Virus record (IMG/VR): IMGVR_UViG_3300043418_000120
Location: 32,001 to 96,000 of that record
DNA length: 64,000 nucleotides
DNA from: a virus
Reading direction: 5' to 3' (one strand)
Shown: in pieces, positions 26,172 through 35,924 of the stretch
Layout: every line of letters begins with the position of its first letter
How positions within the stretch are numbered: position 1 is the stretch's first letter
Translations under genes and position numbers: made by a program
The notes under the pieces: generated by a model
Database searches by the model: none
Seen by the model: the letters and a program-made list of their open reading frames with translations, nothing else
What the model was told of the DNA's origin: nothing

Positions 26172-27143
26172 ATGAAAACAGGTATCTTCATCGGGCGCTT
26201 TCAACCCGCTCACCAAGGTCATGTCCACGCTCTGGGCATCGCATCTACCCAAGTAGATAAACTCTACATCCTCGTCGGTTCAGCCAATGCTTGCCGATCA
26301 ATCAAAAACCCTTGGACATTTTCAGAACGTGCTGCTCGCTTGCGTCAAAAGTTGCGCAACGAAGGTATCAGCAACTTTGAGATTGTTCCACTGAACGACC
26401 ACCCCTACAACGATTCGCAATGGATCGCCGATGTTCGAGCAACAGCTGAACATTATGACATGGGCGCACCAACACTGTTCGGCCACATGAAAGACGGTAA
26501 CGATTACTTGCGTTGGTTTCCTGACTGGAAATTCCGCGACATCGAAGCACAGTACAACATGAACGCAACTCAGATTCGTCAACGCATGTTTGAGTTGAAA
26601 GATCCTGACATGCCCGAAACCGTTCGCGCCGACTACGCTTACTACGAGAAAGAGAAGGCTACATTTGGAAACTACCCATTCCCCGAAACACTCAACTTCA
26701 ACTGCTCTGACGCTGTCCTCGAGTGTCAAGGTCACGTTCTGCTCATCCAACGCAAGTTTGCTCCAGGCGCAGGTAGTTGGGCGCTCCCAGGAGGCTTTCG
26801 TAATCAACGTGAGACTTTTCTCGACTGTGCCATCCGAGAGTTGCAAGAAGAAACCAACGTAAGAGTGCCAGAGAAAGTTCTTCGCGGTTCAATCGTTAAG
26901 ACTGAATTGTTCGATGACCCTCGTCGCTCGTTCGGCATCCCTCGCAACAGCTTGGCTGTGTACATGCGAATCAGCCCTAATCCTGATGGTAGCATGCCAC
27001 GAGCCAACGGTGCCGATGACGCTGCCGAATGCCGCTGGGTGTCCTTGACAGACGCTCTCAACAAGTATGAGTTGTATGACGACCATGCTGCTATCATCTC
27101 GAAAATCACTGGTGTCATGCCTTTACCAGCTTTCGTGAAATAA
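26172..27143 (+). CDS. bifunctional NMN adenylyltransferase / Nudix ADP-ribose hydrolase (NadM-Nudix, NatV-like)
   Basis: GRFQPAHQGH (HxGH), KNPWTFSER, Nudix box ALPGG...CAIRELQEET, ADDA. Confidence 0.92.
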   Translation: MKTGIFIGRFQPAHQGHVHALGIASTQVDKLYILVGSANACRSIKNPWTFSERAARLRQKLRNEGISNFEIVPLNDHPYNDSQWIADVRATAEHYDMGAPTLFGHMKDGNDYLRWFPDWKFRDIEAQYNMNATQIRQRMFELKDPDMPETVRADYAYYEKEKATFGNYPFPETLNFNCSDAVLECQGHVLLIQRKFAPGAGSWALPGGFRNQRETFLDCAIRELQEETNVRVPEKVLRGSIVKTELFDDPRRSFGIPRNSLAVYMRISPNPDGSMPRANGADDAAECRWVSLTDALNKYELYDDHAAIISKITGVMPLPAFVK

Positions 27144-27147
27144 GTGC

Positions 27148-27176
27148 TTGACATTTATTTCAAATTAAGGTATAAT
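27148..27176 (+). promoter_or_regulatory. sigma70-like promoter
   Basis: TTGACA-17-TATAAT. Confidence 0.85.
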
Positions 27177-27206
27177 AAACTGTAACAACAAAGTAAGGAG
27201 CTTACT

Positions 27207-28607
27207 ATGAAACTCGCTAAAAACATTCTTCTGAACACTGACAGCTACAAAGTCTCGATGTTCAAACAGTATCCCGCTGGCACAACTGGTGTCTACTCTT
27301 ACATTGAGAGTCGTGGCGGTCGTTATGATGAAACCCTGATGTTTGGTCTCCAAGCATTCATTAAGGAATACCTCTGTGTCCCAATCACCCAAGCCGATAT
27401 TGATGTTGCAGATGAAATTCTTACAGCCCACGGCGAGCCGTTTAATCGTGAGGGCTGGCAATACATCCTTGATAAGCACCAAGGCTTCTTGCCTTTGGTC
27501 ATTCGTGCTGTACCTGAAGGTACTGTGGTCCCTGTCTCGAATGTACTGGCGACTGTCGAAAACACAGACCCAGAGTGTTTCTGGTTAACAACTTATCTTG
27601 AGACTGCCTTGCTCCGTGCCGTTTGGTATGGTACTACTGTGGCTACTCAATCTTACACAATCAAGAAAGTGATTCTTGACTACTTGGAGAAAACTGGTGA
27701 TCCATCAGCTATTGATTTTAAATTGCACGATTTTGGTGCTCGTGGTGTTTCTAGCATGGAGTCTGCAGGCTTGGGTGGTGCAGCCCACTTGGTTAATTTT
27801 ATGGGTACTGATACTATCACTGGCATTCTGTACGCTCGTGAATATTATGGGGCTGGTATTGCTGGATTCTCCATTCCAGCCGCAGAGCACAGTACAATCA
27901 CTTCTTGGGGTCGTGACAACGAAGTAAAAGCCTATGAAAACATGCTTACTCAGTTTGCTCGTCCTGGCTCAATCGTTGCTGTTGTATCAGATTCTTATGA
28001 TGTTTACAACGCTGCGTCAAAACTCTGGGGAGAGCAACTTCGTGAACAAGTTGTTGCTAGTGGCGCAACTGTTGTTATTCGTCCTGACTCAGGCGATCCT
28101 GTTGAAGTTAATCGTAAGCTGATTGAAATTTTGGGAGCAAAGTTTGGATACACAACAAACGCAAAAGGATTCAAAGTCCTTAACAATGTTCGACTTATCC
28201 AAGGGGATGGGGTCAATGAAATGTCCATCCGAACTATTCTTGGTACATTCATGGCGTTGGGATGGTCAGCTGACAACATTGCCTTCGGTATGGGCGGTGC
28301 ATTGTTACAACAAGTCGATCGAGACACCCAACGATTTGCGATGAAGTGTTCTTCTATCAAGGTTGATGGAATCTGGATCAATGTTCAGAAAGATCCTGTT
28401 ACTGACAGCGGTAAGAAGTCAAAGGCTGGTCGCGTTACCTTGTGGACCAACTCTGGTGGTGAGTTTGCTTCGGCAGTAACTCCACCTACTGGTTGGAGCG
28501 ACAAAGGTATCGGTGGCTGGACAGATGCTCTGGTGCCTGTGTACTGGAACGGTAACTTGAGCAAAGATTATACTTTCGCTGAAGTTCGAGCAAATGCTCG
28601 CAAATAA
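27207..28607 (+). CDS. nadV: nicotinamide phosphoribosyltransferase
   Basis: TDSYK, LHDFGARG, SIPAAEHS, VSDSYD, IRPDSGDP, QGDG, FGMGG, KKSKAG. Confidence 0.95.
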   Translation: MKLAKNILLNTDSYKVSMFKQYPAGTTGVYSYIESRGGRYDETLMFGLQAFIKEYLCVPITQADIDVADEILTAHGEPFNREGWQYILDKHQGFLPLVIRAVPEGTVVPVSNVLATVENTDPECFWLTTYLETALLRAVWYGTTVATQSYTIKKVILDYLEKTGDPSAIDFKLHDFGARGVSSMESAGLGGAAHLVNFMGTDTITGILYAREYYGAGIAGFSIPAAEHSTITSWGRDNEVKAYENMLTQFARPGSIVAVVSDSYDVYNAASKLWGEQLREQVVASGATVVIRPDSGDPVEVNRKLIEILGAKFGYTTNAKGFKVLNNVRLIQGDGVNEMSIRTILGTFMALGWSADNIAFGMGGALLQQVDRDTQRFAMKCSSIKVDGIWINVQKDPVTDSGKKSKAGRVTLWTNSGGEFASAVTPPTGWSDKGIGGWTDALVPVYWNGNLSKDYTFAEVRANARK

Positions 28608-28620
28608 ATGAAAATACCCC

Positions 28621-28649
28621 TTGACTTTAATAGAGTCTTGGGGTATAAT
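28621..28649 (+). promoter_or_regulatory. sigma70-like promoter
   Basis: TTGACT-17-TATAAT. Confidence 0.8.
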
Positions 28650-28681
28650 TGTGGTTGATTTTGATTTGAAAGATTTTTGTA

Positions 28682-29779
28682 ATGTCACATTTTTTCCGTA
28701 ACGGTAACACTTTCCGCATCGCCGACGACAACGCTCTCGATATTCATAAGCACTTACCTGTTGGTAATTACACTGTGAAGCAGGATCCATTTGGCAACTT
28801 CTTCTTGGAGATGATTGACTCATTCCCCAAGCCAAAGAAGCTGTATGGTAACACGGTTCGTCATGCCGATCGTATCATCCAGACATTCTTGTCTCGCGAT
28901 GTGTCGACAGGTGTTCTGTTGAACGGTGAGAAGGGTTCTGGTAAGACTTTGCTTGCTAAGCAGTTGGGCATTGTCTGTGCTGCTATGGACATCCCTACCA
29001 TCGTTATCAACAACGACTGGCACGGTGATGGTTTTAACAAACTGATCCAAGACATCGATCAGCCTTGCGTTATCTTGTTCGACGAGTTCGAGAAGGTTTA
29101 CGGTGAGGAAGAACAACAAGCCATCTTGACATTAATGGACGGTGTGTTCCCAACCAAGAAGTTGTTTGTTCTGACTTGTAATGACAAGTGGCGCATCAAC
29201 TCTCATATGCGTAACCGTCCAGGTCGTTTGTTCTACATGTTAGAATTCCGTGGTTTGGATGTTGACTTCATCACTGAGTACTGCGAAGATAACTTGGACG
29301 ACAAGTCTCACATCAACCGCATCTGTCAGTTGTCAGCCTTGTTTGCTGAATTCAACTTCGACATGTTGAAGGCTCTTGTTGAGGAAATGAACCGCTACCA
29401 AGAAGACCCTCGTGCTGCTATGGAGATGTTGAATGCCAAGCCAGAGTACGATGGTGGTTCTAAGTACAATGTGGCGGTGTTGCATAACGGCAAGCCTGTC
29501 GAAAAGGTAAACCCATCTACTTGGGAAGGCAACCCACTGTCAACCAGCAAGGTTCGTGTCTACTTCTCAGCTCCACCTGCTGTGGCTAAGAAGCGTAAGG
29601 ACAACGATGGCATCGAGTTGGAAGCCGACGAAGACGACTGGAACGATATCTCAGTTGGTCAAACCGAACTGGTCCAAGTCCTCCCACAGGAAGGCAAGTT
29701 CATCTACAAGACTGGTGAGACAGTCGTTACCCTGACTAAGCATCAGGACGTAAAGTTCGTCCATTGGGACGCTCTTTAA
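28682..29779 (+). CDS. AAA+ ATPase
   Basis: GEKGSGKT, ILFDEFEK, LMDG, NRPGR. Confidence 0.9.
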   Translation: MSHFFRNGNTFRIADDNALDIHKHLPVGNYTVKQDPFGNFFLEMIDSFPKPKKLYGNTVRHADRIIQTFLSRDVSTGVLLNGEKGSGKTLLAKQLGIVCAAMDIPTIVINNDWHGDGFNKLIQDIDQPCVILFDEFEKVYGEEEQQAILTLMDGVFPTKKLFVLTCNDKWRINSHMRNRPGRLFYMLEFRGLDVDFITEYCEDNLDDKSHINRICQLSALFAEFNFDMLKALVEEMNRYQEDPRAAMEMLNAKPEYDGGSKYNVAVLHNGKPVEKVNPSTWEGNPLSTSKVRVYFSAPPAVAKKRKDNDGIELEADEDDWNDISVGQTELVQVLPQEGKFIYKTGETVVTLTKHQDVKFVHWDAL

Positions 29780-29781
29780 GA

Positions 29782-29867
29782 TAACCCTACAGATTGTAAG
29801 GGTTTGCAAGCCCCTACAGGCGGTAATCCTGTAGGGGCTTTACATTTAATCAAGATTCAGGTATAAT
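29782..29867 (+). repeat. double palindrome plus promoter
   Basis: CCCTAC-AGATT-GTAAGG, then CCCCTACAGG-..-CCTGTAGGGG; TTTACA-17-TATAAT. Confidence 0.85.
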
Positions 29868-29897
29868 TACTCTATTGATTTGATAAGAAGACTGATA

Positions 29898-32213
29898 ATG
29901 ACGAAAATTACCAATGACCTCGCTACTCGCCTGTTGGCTCAAGAAAACTTGATGATCAACCGCGCACCCGTCAAGACTGCATCTTTCAACGTACTGCACC
30001 GAATCTTGACTCTGCCAATGTGGCAAAACATGACTCCCGAGATCGAGGAGATGTTGAAGGCTCACGAAGTTGGCCACGCCCTTTACACTGACGAATCGAT
30101 CTTCGCAGGACATCAAACTAAAAACCCAAAACTGCCTTTCGGCTACCTGAACATCCTTGAAGATGCGCGCATCGAGAAATTGATGAAGCGTAAGTATCCT
30201 GGCTTGCGTAAAGTATTCACGCAAGGTTATGTTGAATTGAACAACCGCGACTTCTTCGGTCTCATGGGTAAGCCTCGTAAGCTGCAGTTGATCGATCGTA
30301 TCAACCTGTGGTTCAAAGTTGGATACGCGTCTGGTGTCAAATTTTCTGTCGCTGAGAAGTACTTGGTCGAGAAGGCTGAGAAGATGGAAACCATCAGCGA
30401 TGTCGTTGACTTGGCTAAGACTATCTACGCATTCTCATTGCGCGAAAAGCAAAAAGCCCTTGATGCTTTGAAGAGTTCTGCTGACTACAAGAAATTGAAA
30501 GAAGAAGAGAAGAAAGACATCGAGGAAGACCTCGAACTAGAAGCTCTGATGGACGAAGATGAGAAATTCTTTGACGATGACGATTGGTCCAGCTCACCTC
30601 CCGAATATACAGAACCAGACGAAGATACGCCTGAGGAAGACCTCGAGCAAGTAAAGGTTCGTAGCAATGAGACAGCTGCTGGTGACAGTTATGAGGCTGA
30701 TGTAGATGGCGAAACCCTTGACACCGACATGTCTCAAGAAGACTTGAAAGAGTTAGAATCTGTTACCAACAAAGCCTTTGACGAAAAGCTCGCCACTGCT
30801 GCTGACACAAGCACTGAGTATGTCTACTTGGGTTTGCCCGACACATCTAAGATGAATGCGAAGGTAGACTACAAGACTGTCGTTCGTGAAACCAATGCTC
30901 TCTTGGATGGTAAGAAACATCAATTCCACATCACTTCTTACTACAAAGAGTACGAAGATTTTAAGGTTGAGAACAGCCGTGTCGTCAACTATCTCTACAA
31001 AGAATTTGAGATGAAGAAGGCTGCTTCTGCTTACAAGCGCACCTCTACTGCAAAGACTGGTGTTCTTGATGTGGCGAAGATTGCTTCTTACCGAATCCGC
31101 GAAGACTTGTTCAAGCAAATTACTATCACCAAAGATGGTCAGAAGCATGGCATGTTGTTTACGATCGACTGGTCAGGTTCTATGAACGAATACTTGCACG
31201 AAACTGTCAAGCAAGTTATCTCATTGGCAACCTTCTGCTATCGTGCCAAGATTCCGTTCGAAGTATATGCATTCAGCGACAACGTCGATGGTGGCAGTCG
31301 TTATGACGACTACCGTGGTAGCATCGATCTTGATTCTACTTACGATAAAGGTAAGTTTGTTATCGATCAACGATTCCAAATGTTGGAGTTCTTCAGTCAC
31401 CGCATGACCGTGAGCGAGTTCAATACTATGTGCCGTAACTTGTTTGTTATGTCGCGTTCGGATGATGCTCGTCAATGGGTGCCTTCTCGCGATAAAGATA
31501 TGCAGAATGTTGCACTATATTCTCACCCTGCGAAGTACCAATTGAACGGCACACCTTTGAATGAAGCGATGGTTTGGTTCTACAACTACTGTGGCGAATT
31601 CAAGCGTAACAACCAAGTTGAGAAGTTGACATTGATCAAATTGACCGATGGCGATGCTCACGGTTTCCAACGCTACATTACTGATCGTAATGACCGTGGC
31701 GCTTGGGATTCTCGTTACATTGAGAGAACTCGTTATGCTTACAACGAAGTCGAACGTCAACATGTTCGCTACAAGATTGAGACTTTGTTGCAAGACGATG
31801 TTACCAAGAAGACTTACAACTACACACCAGAAGATGCTACTAACATTATCTGCAAAATGATCCAAGATCGTTATGAAGCTGCTGTTGTTGGTTATCACGT
31901 AGTTGGTTCTGGTCGCCGTGAGTTGACTTACACTTTACAACGCTACCGCATTGCTGACGAAAAGACTGCTCGCGAGGCTTTGGCCATCGACATCCGTAAG
32001 GGTTTCAACGAAGATATGTTCTTTCCAGTTCAAATGGCTGGTCATACCGAAATGTTCTTCTTGCCAAACACTATCCGTGTGAAGGATGAGACTCTTGAGG
32101 AAGCGATGGGTAACTTGACAGCAAACCAAATTGCTAAGAAGTTCTCTAAGCATGTGGGTGGTAAGAAGACCTCTCGCATTTTGTTAAACCGTTTTGTTCA
32201 GGCTGTTGCATAA
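29898..32213 (+). CDS. CobT-like protein: N-terminal HEXXH domain, acidic linker, vWA domain
   Basis: HEVGHALYT, NILEDARIE, MIDAS DWSGS, GTPL, LTDG. Confidence 0.85.
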   Translation: MTKITNDLATRLLAQENLMINRAPVKTASFNVLHRILTLPMWQNMTPEIEEMLKAHEVGHALYTDESIFAGHQTKNPKLPFGYLNILEDARIEKLMKRKYPGLRKVFTQGYVELNNRDFFGLMGKPRKLQLIDRINLWFKVGYASGVKFSVAEKYLVEKAEKMETISDVVDLAKTIYAFSLREKQKALDALKSSADYKKLKEEEKKDIEEDLELEALMDEDEKFFDDDDWSSSPPEYTEPDEDTPEEDLEQVKVRSNETAAGDSYEADVDGETLDTDMSQEDLKELESVTNKAFDEKLATAADTSTEYVYLGLPDTSKMNAKVDYKTVVRETNALLDGKKHQFHITSYYKEYEDFKVENSRVVNYLYKEFEMKKAASAYKRTSTAKTGVLDVAKIASYRIREDLFKQITITKDGQKHGMLFTIDWSGSMNEYLHETVKQVISLATFCYRAKIPFEVYAFSDNVDGGSRYDDYRGSIDLDSTYDKGKFVIDQRFQMLEFFSHRMTVSEFNTMCRNLFVMSRSDDARQWVPSRDKDMQNVALYSHPAKYQLNGTPLNEAMVWFYNYCGEFKRNNQVEKLTLIKLTDGDAHGFQRYITDRNDRGAWDSRYIERTRYAYNEVERQHVRYKIETLLQDDVTKKTYNYTPEDATNIICKMIQDRYEAAVVGYHVVGSGRRELTYTLQRYRIADEKTAREALAIDIRKGFNEDMFFPVQMAGHTEMFFLPNTIRVKDETLEEAMGNLTANQIAKKFSKHVGGKKTSRILLNRFVQAVA

Positions 32214-32575
32214 TGAAACCACATTTACACGGGAGGATCCATGCCAAAAAGTATGGCGGAAAATCGGAAGACTACGCCGACATCGACGACTTTATCGATT
32301 CATCCAAGTGCGCTGTCCCAGACGTTCGTCATCGGGCCATCCTGCACTCAGCTTTCGGATGCTTTATTGTTGAACGGATGTTCGGTCGTACGCGATTTAA
32401 CTCCGACGGACGTGAGTATAGTCCACGCGATATCGCCGAAGACCACATCCTTCAAGACCTCGGTTTCATACCAACAATGGAACAGTACTTGAACAACATG
32501 ACCATTCAGCCTTGGATGAGTGGTACTGAAAAGAAGAACCAAGTGACACGTAAACATATAAGTTTAGAGGATTAA
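32213..32575 (+). CDS. DUF6915-like protein
   Basis: H...AKKYGG...Y..I..FIDSSK...DVRHRAILH...AEDHILQDLG. Confidence 0.75.
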   Translation: MKPHLHGRIHAKKYGGKSEDYADIDDFIDSSKCAVPDVRHRAILHSAFGCFIVERMFGRTRFNSDGREYSPRDIAEDHILQDLGFIPTMEQYLNNMTIQPWMSGTEKKNQVTRKHISLED

Positions 32576-32578
32576 ATT

Positions 32579-32971
32579 ATGGGAAAACTGGCTACAGTTA
32601 TTGAAGCTCCAATCAAGGGAGCATTGGGTACGGAAGTTAATGTGGGTGACACCGTTATGGTTGTTACTACTGGCTATTCGCATAACGTGAGTGTCAAGAA
32701 GGGTATTTACAAAGGCTACATCAAGGGCAGCTACTACCCTCAGCGAGCTCGCGTTGAAGTTGAGTGCATGCGCAAGGTTCAGGTGAAGCCTGATGGTACT
32801 GTGTTTAGTTGGTCAAAGGATTATAACTCTGCTACATGGGAAGACGTTCGCAAGACTCTTACTTGGCGAGAAGAACTCTTTATCCACAAGACTACTTTGA
32901 ATTTGAACCGCATCGCATCTATCACTGCTGCTGAAGCTGAAACAGTTACTAAAATTGGGAAGCTCGTATAA
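32579..32971 (+). CDS. hypothetical protein
   Basis: GAGG SD; ORF track. Confidence 0.7.
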   Translation: MGKLATVIEAPIKGALGTEVNVGDTVMVVTTGYSHNVSVKKGIYKGYIKGSYYPQRARVEVECMRKVQVKPDGTVFSWSKDYNSATWEDVRKTLTWREELFIHKTTLNLNRIASITAAEAETVTKIGKLV

Positions 32972-33279
32972 TGGGATACTATACTGATTTTGAATTGACA
33001 GTTGTTGAAGGCGACCCTGATCTTGAGAAGGTTGCTGAACGATTGGCTACGATTAGCACTTATGATTGGGACACTGACTTTTTCTTGAACGCGAAGTGGT
33101 ATGACTTCAATCTAGACATGAAGAAGTTGAGTGAGGAGTTTCCTGATGTTCTATTCTGCCTAGAAGGTAAGGGTGAAGAGAATGGAGATCTCTGGATGGC
33201 ATATTACAAGAACGGTAAGAGTCAAATGTGCCCAGCTGTAGTTACATATGAACCGTATGATGAAAGTAAATTGAAATGA
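32971..33279 (+). CDS. conserved phage hypothetical protein
   Basis: MGYYTDF...AKWY...LSEEFPDVLFCLEGKGEENGDLW. Confidence 0.75.
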   Translation: MGYYTDFELTVVEGDPDLEKVAERLATISTYDWDTDFFLNAKWYDFNLDMKKLSEEFPDVLFCLEGKGEENGDLWMAYYKNGKSQMCPAVVTYEPYDESKLK

Positions 33280-33686
33280 GTATTATCAAAAAAGGTTACC
33301 GAATCACAGTAACATCTTGGGAAAACGATGCTGACAACTACAACACTCTCTCGCGCGATGGGCTCGACGAGAAGGTAGTTGAGGGCTACGTAGAAATGTT
33401 GAAGTTGCTGAAAGGCAGCTACTGTAACAACAAAAATGTTTTTGGTAACCTATACGAACCTCGCGATCACGAAGTTGCTGAGTTTGAAGCTGCCATCCGC
33501 CCAATTATGGATAAGCATGGCATTGAGTATGATGACGAGTATCCAACAGACGCCTTCTGCGATATCGTTAGTGAGTTCACAGGTTACGGAGAAGGTTATA
33601 TGACACGAGTTGTTGAAAAACTCGTTGTTGAGTATGTGCCAGAAGACATTATCATTGAAGACGTTTCTAAAAAATTTGGAGTATAA
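33276..33686 (+). CDS. hypothetical protein
   Basis: SWENDADNY motif; coupled. Confidence 0.7.
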   Translation: MSIIKKGYRITVTSWENDADNYNTLSRDGLDEKVVEGYVEMLKLLKGSYCNNKNVFGNLYEPRDHEVAEFEAAIRPIMDKHGIEYDDEYPTDAFCDIVSEFTGYGEGYMTRVVEKLVVEYVPEDIIIEDVSKKFGV

Positions 33687-33688
33687 AC

Positions 33689-34204
33689 ATGAACGATAAA
33701 ATTCAAACCCGTTTTGATCAACTAATCAGCGATCAAGCTGCGTTGCAACGCAAATTCCAAGAACAAGCTCAGACTATGTTCAAAGAAATCACTAAAGAGT
33801 TCTTCGACAAGAATCCAGGCATCACTGGTGTTGTTTGGACACAGTATACACCATACTTTAACGATGGCGATACTTGCGAGTTTGGTGTGAACGAACCTAC
33901 TTTCACCAACGCACCAGTTGATGAGATGAGCGAAGTTCGCTGGGGTGAGTATGAAGGTGAAACTGATGGTGTGTGGGCATGCGAGAACATCCATTCTGTT
34001 CTTGAGAGTGACCGTGACTACTACAAGGAAACTGCAGATGCCATTCGTGCGGCTGGTGGTGTTGATCCAGAGTCATGTCGTCTTATGGCAACTGCCATCG
34101 GTTCGAGCGACATGGAAAATGTCATGAAAGCCATGTTCGGCGACCACGTAAAGGTTATCGCTACACGCGAAGGCTTCGATGTGGACGACTACGACCATGA
34201 CTAA
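33689..34204 (+). CDS. conserved phage hypothetical protein
   Basis: WTQYTPYFNDGDTCEF...FGDHV...YDHD. Confidence 0.75.
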   Translation: MNDKIQTRFDQLISDQAALQRKFQEQAQTMFKEITKEFFDKNPGITGVVWTQYTPYFNDGDTCEFGVNEPTFTNAPVDEMSEVRWGEYEGETDGVWACENIHSVLESDRDYYKETADAIRAAGGVDPESCRLMATAIGSSDMENVMKAMFGDHVKVIATREGFDVDDYDHD

Positions 34205-34222
34205 AAAGTAAACCAAAAGGTT

Positions 34223-34286
34223 TAACCCTACTGCCAGTAGGGTTATTCCGAAAAGTATTGACATTTATTGGGTTTTAACGTATAAT
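34223..34286 (+). repeat. palindrome-promoter repeat
   Basis: TAACCCTAC-TGCCA-GTAGGGTTA; TTGACA-17-TATAAT. Confidence 0.9.
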
Positions 34287-34319
34287 TACTCTATTGTGAT
34301 TGAAAACCAAGGATATATT

Positions 34320-35456
34320 ATGAATCAAGAGTCTTTTGAGGCGAAACTGCTCGCCATGTTCCCTGAAGTCGTCGATGCTGGCGTTGTTTCTCGTGCTCAG
34401 ATCGCTTCAACCATGGAAGAGCTCGGTACTACGAAATGGCCAACATGGTTGATGGCTGAGAAGGTTGGTCGTGGCTTATATGCCATCAGCGGAAATACAG
34501 CCCGAAAGCCTGTTGAGGAAGAAGTTGAAGTGAGTGCTCCAAAATCTGTTTATGTGACCGAAGCTACGGTTGCGCCACCTGTCGTTGACCCCAACTATGT
34601 TGCTTGGGGCAACCACGCCGACGTTGATGCTATCGTCAAGTCAAAATTATTCCACCCCATCTACATTACAGGTCCAACTGGTAACGGTAAATCTACCATG
34701 GTTGAGCAAATTTGCGCAAAGGCCAAGGTTGCTCTCATCCGTGTGAACTTGAACAGCACTGATGACGAAGATAAACTGATCGCATCTAAGACTTTGGTTG
34801 ACGGTAACGTGGTGATTGAAGACGGTCCAGTTGTTGTTGCGATGCGTAAGGGCATCCCAATCCTGATTGATGAGATTGACGCTGGTGGCGCAAACCTTTT
34901 GATGTGTTTGCAAGGCGTCTTGGAGGGCAAACCTCTCTACATCAAGTCTAAAAACGAAATTGTTTACCCAACCAAGGGTTTTAATGTGATTGCGACCGCA
35001 AACACGAAGGGTAAGGGCTCTGACGATGGTCGTTACATCGGCACAAACGTCCTGAACGAAGCCTTTCTTGAGCGTTTCGCCATTGTGTTTGAGCAAGAGT
35101 ATCCAGGCTCTAAAATTGAGTCTAAAATCGTCACAAACCTGATGAAAAGCCTGAATTGTATGGATGGCGAGTTTACCGCTGTCCTGATCAAGTGGGCTGA
35201 TGCGATCCGTCGCACTTTCGAGGACGGTGGTGTCGATGAAACGATTACGACTCGTCGTTTGGTTCACATTGTGAAGAACTTTGCGATCTACAAAGACAAG
35301 CGTAAGTCCGTCCAATTGGCTGTAAACCGATTTGACGCCCATACGAAGGAAGCATTCCTAGATTTGTTCGACAAGGTCTCTGCAGAGCCTACAGCGGCTC
35401 CTGCAGTCCCTGTAAGCTACGAAATTGCCGAAGATCGAGGCGAAGTTCCCTTCTAA
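34320..35456 (+). CDS. cobS: CobS-like MoxR-type AAA+ ATPase
   Basis: GPTGNGKS, LIDEID, ATANTKGKG, NEAFLERF, ITTRRL. Confidence 0.9.
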   Translation: MNQESFEAKLLAMFPEVVDAGVVSRAQIASTMEELGTTKWPTWLMAEKVGRGLYAISGNTARKPVEEEVEVSAPKSVYVTEATVAPPVVDPNYVAWGNHADVDAIVKSKLFHPIYITGPTGNGKSTMVEQICAKAKVALIRVNLNSTDDEDKLIASKTLVDGNVVIEDGPVVVAMRKGIPILIDEIDAGGANLLMCLQGVLEGKPLYIKSKNEIVYPTKGFNVIATANTKGKGSDDGRYIGTNVLNEAFLERFAIVFEQEYPGSKIESKIVTNLMKSLNCMDGEFTAVLIKWADAIRRTFEDGGVDETITTRRLVHIVKNFAIYKDKRKSVQLAVNRFDAHTKEAFLDLFDKVSAEPTAAPAVPVSYEIAEDRGEVPF

Positions 35457-35461
35457 AATGC

Positions 35462-35490
35462 TTGACATTATACCTGAATTCAGGTATAAT
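35462..35490 (+). promoter_or_regulatory. sigma70-like promoter
   Basis: TTGACA-17-TATAAT. Confidence 0.85.
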
Positions 35491-35528
35491 TACTTGTAAA
35501 CTTGAAAACCTCTCAAAGGAAATATACT

Positions 35529-35924
35529 ATGTTGAAATATGCTGACCTGACCAAAGCCCAAAAGCGTTTCGTTGATGCCGTCCTCGCCGAATTCCCAGCC
35601 GTTGCTGAGACTGGCCAAGTGTCGCGTAAGGAACTTGAGTCCATTTACTGGACTTTGAATGACCTGCGCGCACAAGGTGGTGAGAAAGTTGGTTTTCCGA
35701 ACTGGTTGACTGGCCCAAATAAGGTTGCTCGCGGTGTGTTCGCAATGCCAATGCCTGAAACACAAGCAAAGAAGGCTAAGAAAGCTGTTGCGAAAGAAAA
35801 GGCTGCGTTCGAAGCAATCATCGACGAGACTCCGATTCTCGACAGCACAGATTATTCAGACTACGATGCTGAACAAGAAGAAGTTTTGAATGCTGCTCGC
35901 GAATGCGCTGGCTTTGAAGACTAA
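35529..35924 (+). CDS. hypothetical protein (similar to the CobS N-terminal extension)
   Basis: FP.V...G.VSR...P.WL...KV.RG pattern shared with 34320.. Confidence 0.75.
   Translation: MLKYADLTKAQKRFVDAVLAEFPAVAETGQVSRKELESIYWTLNDLRAQGGEKVGFPNWLTGPNKVARGVFAMPMPETQAKKAKKAVAKEKAAFEAIIDETPILDSTDYSDYDAEQEEVLNAARECAGFED

Noticed and set aside
34647-35342. Long antisense ORFs (also 26322-26846, 49355-49900, 11279-11830 and others)
   Set aside because: They shadow well-supported plus-strand genes and have no motifs or SD; they are codon-bias artefacts.
29898-35456. Cobalamin biosynthesis (cobS/cobT)
   Set aside because: No CobN or other cob genes are present; T4-like phage CobS/CobT homologues are generic MoxR-vWA pairs.
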